From Bdellovibrionota bacterium (GTDB lineage Bacteria > Bdellovibrionota_C > UBA2361 > OMIW01), in assembly GCA_044345055.1 (NCBI GenBank), contig JBIJBT010000003.1, positions 1-61,353 of the forward strand: a stretch of 61,353 nucleotides of DNA, written 5' to 3'. The notes beneath the pieces were generated by a model that had not been told where the DNA came from, ran no database searches, and was given only the letters and a program-made list of their open reading frames with translations. Every line of letters starts with the position of its first letter. The first letter of the stretch is position 1. This document shows positions 56,738 through 61,353 of the stretch, one piece after another. The position numbers and the translations under genes were made by a program.

Positions 56738-57385
56738 CTACTCCTTCCCAAACTTCAAGCACTCAAGGGTTGATGCTAGGTCGCGCTCCTCTATGACCAT
56801 CAGAAGCTCAGTCCAGCAGCTCATCTCTTCGAGCACATTGACTCCGCGCTCTGCGAGTAGGCCGTAGACGTGAGCTACTACGCCGGAGGTAGTTTCGAGC
56901 CGCTTATCGAAGAGAAGCGAAACTAACGCAAGGCCAGTGCTTATTTTTTTTATCGAACCCTTAAAGGTCGCGCGAAGCAGGCCTACAAAACCGTCGTTCG
57001 TGATAATGGTGACCGCTTTTTCCCCCTCAATGAGATGAAAATCTCCCTCCTGAGATCTAATCTCCTCCTGAAGTCGTGCGAAGCGGGTGAACGAGTCCTC
57101 TTTGGCGACAATCGCAACGACGATCTGTGTTTTTACTCGCAAACGAGCCCGAGATAGTAGGCCAACGATCGGCCCCTCAAGAGGGGCTCGTTTCTGCATC
57201 CTATCCTGTTCTCGGCGACACGCTTTTAGCACAGCATCGAACTGCTCAAGAGCGCGATCTTGGCAGATTTCGCGCGCGAGCGCGGAATAGTTGATGAGTC
57301 CCCGTCTGAGACACTCCCGGACGTGGGGGCGGGTGACTAGGTAGTTTCGGATGACAGCAGAGACGGTTTGTTTTGGTGGCTCCAT
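56738..57385 (-). CDS. HTH-like plus ACT-domain protein (putative amino-acid-sensing regulator)
   Basis: RP.VRECL.RGLINYSALAR.I N-terminus; C-terminal ACT (TSGVVA.VY.LLAE.GVNV.E.MSC.TE). Confidence 0.75.
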   Translation of the reverse strand: MEPPKQTVSAVIRNYLVTRPHVRECLRRGLINYSALAREICQDRALEQFDAVLKACRREQDRMQKRAPLEGPIVGLLSRARLRVKTQIVVAIVAKEDSFTRFARLQEEIRSQEGDFHLIEGEKAVTIITNDGFVGLLRATFKGSIKKISTGLALVSLLFDKRLETTSGVVAHVYGLLAERGVNVLEEMSCWTELLMVIEERDLASTLECLKFGKE

Positions 57386-57519
57386 AAGGGTCTCGCAAAA
57401 ATGTGTATAGTCCTATTTTAGACTCAAGTGTCCGACCCTGTCGATGGGGTGACTCAAGGGGGTGTTTTGCCTGCTTGTAGGTCTCGCTTTGCGGGGCAAT
57501 CGAGCGCAAAATTTAGGGT

Positions 57520-58578
57520 ATGAATACTGTTGCCGCTCCCCTTCATGTCATCGCTCATCCGCTATCGACCCAATCTATTGGGTCTTTATCAGCTCGTTCA
57601 GATCGTCTAGCGGGGCCCTTCCTTCTTTCTAGTGAAACGGGATGTTCGTACCCCATCGCTGCGGGTATCTCCGCTCTCTTTGATAAAGTATATGGAGAGC
57701 AGTATCACCGCTCAGTAACGAAGAACCCACACTCCGTTCAGCGGTCTATAGAGGAAGGTTCTTGGGTTGCTTGTGTCTACACGGGGCAAAACGGCGATGT
57801 CGTGGCGCACGGAGCGTTGCTGCGCAATCAAGGGAGCGACCGTTTAGCACGGGTGCTCGTTGATGAATCAGCTCGAGGGCTTGGGCTAGGAGAGAAGTTG
57901 ACAGACACTTTACTCAGCCATGCAGATAGATTTTGCGATCAGGGCGAGGCGCCGATTGTTACAGAATCTGTGACTGCACATCACGGGACTCAGCGGATTT
58001 TTGCGAAAGCTGGATTTCGTCCGCTCGGATTGCTTGTCTCGAAGTTTAATGATTACTTTAATACTGGCTATCGCGAGTCTGCTGTTTTGATGGGACGAGC
58101 CGTTACAACGAGTGCAGAGGCTGTTTTTGTTTCCTCCGCGATTGCGCCGATAGTAAAAGAGATTTTTAAGTGGCACGGAATTACCACTCGGGTGAGAACT
58201 GGACGGGATCGGTGCGGAACTGCGCTGTCGTCTCACAAAAATAGTGGGGTCTCTTTTGCATTTGATGAACATATGAGAATCGCCCGACTTGCTCTTGGGG
58301 GTGGTGCGGATCTGAACAATCTAGAGGGACTCGTAAATCAGGCCCGAATCGCAACCCCCGCATTTATCGAGCTAAAAATCGAAATATCCACCCCTGATGG
58401 ATACGCTATTGCTAAAAAAGCACTAGATAACCAATTCACATTTGCAGGGGTTGAACCTCACCGTGATGGGGTATGGCTGCTCCTTCAGCAGGCTAGCAAT
58501 ATCGCTCAGCGAGCTGCTGCGCTTACTTTTGCCTCTGAAGAAGCAAATTATCTTCAATCGATCATCGCCAAAGGATAA
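57520..58578 (+). CDS. GNAT-family N-acetyltransferase
   Basis: VVAHGAL, LARVLVD..ARGLGLG..L acetyl-CoA motif, ESVT.H..TQ..F...GF.P.GL. Confidence 0.8.
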   Translation: MNTVAAPLHVIAHPLSTQSIGSLSARSDRLAGPFLLSSETGCSYPIAAGISALFDKVYGEQYHRSVTKNPHSVQRSIEEGSWVACVYTGQNGDVVAHGALLRNQGSDRLARVLVDESARGLGLGEKLTDTLLSHADRFCDQGEAPIVTESVTAHHGTQRIFAKAGFRPLGLLVSKFNDYFNTGYRESAVLMGRAVTTSAEAVFVSSAIAPIVKEIFKWHGITTRVRTGRDRCGTALSSHKNSGVSFAFDEHMRIARLALGGGADLNNLEGLVNQARIATPAFIELKIEISTPDGYAIAKKALDNQFTFAGVEPHRDGVWLLLQQASNIAQRAAALTFASEEANYLQSIIAKG

Positions 58579-58689
58579 TGCGCGCTAGTTGGCGGCAACG
58601 CCCCTCTTCCTGATACACTTGGTCGAACCTCTGATGGATAGGGCCAGTGTAGAGGCGGAGAGTACGGTGTTTTCAGGTGTGAGGGTTCC

Positions 58690-60471
58690 ATGGCGAGTGG
58701 TGGTGGGGGTATTGTTCTTCATAGTGTTTCAAAAGGGTTTGGCGAGCAGCAGCTTTTCGACGAGGTCTCGTTTACGATCGGCTCGGGGGAGCGGATAGGG
58801 TTGCTCGGACGAAATGGTCATGGCAAATCGACCCTGTTCAGATTGCTCCTTGGGCTCGAAACGCCCGATTCTGGGATGATCTCAATCCCGCGCGGTTATC
58901 GAATTGGACACCTCTCGCAACATATAGATCAGCGTCAGGAGACGGTTCTGGCTGAAGCCGCGTTAGGGCTTCCCGAGGATCAGCGGGACACCCCGTACGA
59001 GGCTGAGCGGGTGCTCGATGGTCTGGGATTTGACCAGGCACAGCTCTCGCTACGTCCGGATGCGCTATCCGGTGGTTATCGGTTGCGGCTTGAGCTTGCA
59101 AAACTTCTCGTCGCTCAACCGCATCTTCTTCTCCTCGATGAGCCGACCAACTACCTCGATATCGATGCTGTGCGGTGGCTTCGTACCGAGTTGCGCTCGT
59201 GGGAAGGCGAATTGATGCTTATCTCGCATGACCGCGATTTTCTCGATGCGGTAACAACTCACACAGCTGGGATTTATCGTCAGCGAATTCGTAAAAATGC
59301 AGGCTCAACTGGCGATCTCCTTGCGTTGTTGCGTCAGGAGGACGAGATATATGAACGAACTCGTGATGCACAGCTCAAAAGAAAGAAGGAGATAGAAGAG
59401 TTTGCGGCGCGTTATAGGGCGCAGGCCTCAAAGGCAAAACTTGTCCAGTCGCGACTTAAAGAGCTCGATAAACTAGATATCGGTGATTCCCTCTCGTCGG
59501 AGCAAGATCTGGCGTTTCGCTTCTCTGCGTGTGAGGCTCCGTCAAAGCGTGTTCTTGAAGCAGGAGAACTTGGGTTTCGATTTGGTGATGGGCCAGTTCT
59601 CTTTGATAAATTGTCGCTTTCAGTAAGAAATGGCGATCGCATCGCGGTGGTTGGGAGAAACGGAAAAGGAAAATCGACCTTGCTTCGATGTTTGATTGGT
59701 GAACTTGCTCCGGTGAACGGTTCGATTTCGCTCCACGAGAAGGTTAAAGTTGGTTATTTTGGACAATCGGCGATTGAATCGCTCAATCCGAATCTCACAG
59801 TCGAAGAGGCGGTCGGTGAGGCGAATTCGCAGCTCTCGCGAACAGCGGTGCGCTCTATCTGTGGTGCAGTGATGTTCTCGGGAAGTCGGGCTGAGCGGCG
59901 CGTAAAGGTGTTGTCGGGTGGCGAACGGAGCCGAGTATTGCTTGGGAAATTAATCGCGCAGCCGTCGAATCTTTTGGTTCTCGACGAACCAACAAACCAT
60001 CTTGATCTCGAGGCGGTTGAGGGATTGATTGAGGCGGTTCGGCAATTCCCAGGCGCCCTTATCGTTGTAACTCACAACGAATATATGTTGCGTCAGATTG
60101 CGACAACGATCGTGGCGTTTGGTCCTCAAGGTGTCGAGGTTTTTCCAGGAACATACGAAGAGTTTTGCGAGCAGCGAGGATTTCGGGATTCGCCCGGAGC
60201 GTTGCGGCGTTCGGGGGGATCCGGAAAACAGGAACGGGGAGGTGGAGGGTCATCCACTCCGCGACCAAAGAAGAAAAATGAGCATAAGGTGCGTCAGCTG
60301 CAGAACCGATTTGATCTTCTCGGAAAAGAGATAGAGTCCGCTGAGGTGGCGATTCAGGCTGCATCCGAGGGAGGCCGATTCAGCGAGGTGCAAAAGCTCG
60401 TTGCAGCAAGGGAGTCTCTCGAGGCGCAGCAGCTTTCCCTGTTGGAGCAGATTGAGGATGTTTCGGGGTGA
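58690..60471 (+). CDS. ABC-F family ATP-binding protein
   Basis: Two ABC domains (GRNGHGKST, LSGG, LLLDEPTNYLD; GRNGKGKST, LSGGE, LDEPTNHLD), linker and C-terminal coiled coil, no TM helices. Confidence 0.93.
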   Translation: MASGGGGIVLHSVSKGFGEQQLFDEVSFTIGSGERIGLLGRNGHGKSTLFRLLLGLETPDSGMISIPRGYRIGHLSQHIDQRQETVLAEAALGLPEDQRDTPYEAERVLDGLGFDQAQLSLRPDALSGGYRLRLELAKLLVAQPHLLLLDEPTNYLDIDAVRWLRTELRSWEGELMLISHDRDFLDAVTTHTAGIYRQRIRKNAGSTGDLLALLRQEDEIYERTRDAQLKRKKEIEEFAARYRAQASKAKLVQSRLKELDKLDIGDSLSSEQDLAFRFSACEAPSKRVLEAGELGFRFGDGPVLFDKLSLSVRNGDRIAVVGRNGKGKSTLLRCLIGELAPVNGSISLHEKVKVGYFGQSAIESLNPNLTVEEAVGEANSQLSRTAVRSICGAVMFSGSRAERRVKVLSGGERSRVLLGKLIAQPSNLLVLDEPTNHLDLEAVEGLIEAVRQFPGALIVVTHNEYMLRQIATTIVAFGPQGVEVFPGTYEEFCEQRGFRDSPGALRRSGGSGKQERGGGGSSTPRPKKKNEHKVRQLQNRFDLLGKEIESAEVAIQAASEGGRFSEVQKLVAARESLEAQQLSLLEQIEDVSG

Positions 60472-60565
60472 TTAAGGCCACGCAAAACATATTAAACGCC
60501 CCGTGTTGGGTTTGCGGTTTGTAAGCTAGACTTACTGGCACAGATTGCCATCATGGGGGGTGTGT

Positions 60566-61045
60566 ATGAAGATTAAAAACAGGACCGGAAAATTGTTCCG
60601 TGGAATGCTCGCTGCGCCTTTTCTTGTTTTTTTAGGGTGTATGCAAACAGCGGCACAACACGCATCACAGCTGCACTCTGAAGCAGATCGCCAACTCACG
60701 GTCGGTACGGTTCAGGCGAAAATTGTGCGTGGCATGTCATCAACCGAGGTGGCAGAGGTGCTCGGTTCTCCGAATATCGTGACCCGTGATCAGGGGGGAG
60801 ACGAGAGCTGGGTGTACGATAAAATAGCAACCGAAGCTTCGTATTCCAATGATGAAGGGGGCGGCGTTGGGCTGCTTGGTGCAGGAAGAAATCCAGGAGT
60901 ATCGCTCCTGCTTGGGGGATTGGTGGGTACCTATTCGCGCTCGGCGGGAGCATCAGCAACGCAGCAGAGAACCTTAACAGTTGTGATCAAGTTTGATTCA
61001 CGGAATCGAGTAAAAGACTTTTCGTATCACACCTCCCGTTTTTAG
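60566..61045 (+). CDS. SmpA/BamE-like outer-membrane lipoprotein
   Basis: FLGC lipobox, GMS..EV.EVLGSPNIV, E.WVY, C-terminal TLTV.IKFD...V..FSY. Confidence 0.7.
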   Translation: MKIKNRTGKLFRGMLAAPFLVFLGCMQTAAQHASQLHSEADRQLTVGTVQAKIVRGMSSTEVAEVLGSPNIVTRDQGGDESWVYDKIATEASYSNDEGGGVGLLGAGRNPGVSLLLGGLVGTYSRSAGASATQQRTLTVVIKFDSRNRVKDFSYHTSRF

Positions 61046-61075
61046 AAGCAGCTCTTTTGACACGGATGATTCGCC

Positions 61076-61353
61076 ATGGTGATGACTCGAACGTTGCGGA
61101 TATTTTGCGGAGCAGTTTTGGTGTTGGTTTCGGGGTGCGTTGTTGCGCCACCGCGACCACAAAAAACGCAGCTTGAGCTTCGCCAGCTTCAAACCCGCAC
61201 CTATCCAAATCGCAATATGAAGCAGGTGATGAAGGCCGTTATTAATGCGTTGCAAGATGATGGTTTTATTATTCGCAACGCCGACAAAGAGCTCGGGTTT
61301 GTAACGGCAGCAAAGGAAAAGGAGATCGGTGGTTTTGGTGGTGGCTTTCCGGT
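61076..61353 (+). CDS. Hypothetical lipoprotein, runs off the right edge
   Basis: Not in the ORF track. Manual translation: MVMTRTLRIFCGAVLVLVSGC...KTQLELRQLQTRTY...VMKAVINALQDDGFII.NADKELG; VSGC lipobox. Confidence 0.7.
   Translation, partial: MVMTRTLRIFCGAVLVLVSGCVVAPPRPQKTQLELRQLQTRTYPNRNMKQVMKAVINALQDDGFIIRNADKELGFVTAAKEKEIGGFGGGFP

Noticed and set aside
983-61255. Many 60-210 aa ORFs antisense to or nested in well-supported genes (for example 8173-8541, 36079-36711, 52647-53258)
   Set aside because: Shadow ORFs with no motifs, overlapping confidently identified genes.

Overview
Gene-dense bacterial DNA of roughly 50% GC that looks chromosomal. It carries housekeeping genes (cysQ-like phosphatase, ispA, folC, prfC, lysA, ilvD, arginase, gcvTHP, mlaA, an ABC-F ATPase) and three tRNAs (Pro-GGG, Ala-GGC, Leu-GAG). 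The gene mix suggests a Bdellovibrionota/deltaproteobacteria-like organism, but that is inference only. The main signal is a complete plasmid-type replicon at 2.7-6.5 kb. It comprises a replication-initiator-A (Rep) gene, divergent parA-parB co-oriented with folC-ispA-cysQ, six degenerate iteron-like motifs phased at 22-23 bp plus two inverted copies, AT-rich flanks, and two identical odd-length parS-like palindromes, one inside the 5' end of the folC ORF. Spot counts suggest the top strand changes from C-rich to G-rich across this area, as expected at an active origin. This points to a chromid, or a chromosome replicated by a domesticated plasmid initiator. Other notable items: a minimal non-flagellar T3SS module (FliA-like sigma, sctJ, needle/rod-like gene, sctV) with a shared promoter motif; a split, membrane-anchored CRISPR-less Cas4; a GspG-like/PilP fusion; a papain-fold effector-like protein; an alcohol dehydrogenase lacking its Rossmann domain; a RAYT-like HUH transposase with nearby direct repeats; and sigma54-type promoters before a lytic transglycosylase and a flagellin. 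All protein calls come from motif recognition by eye; no searches were run.
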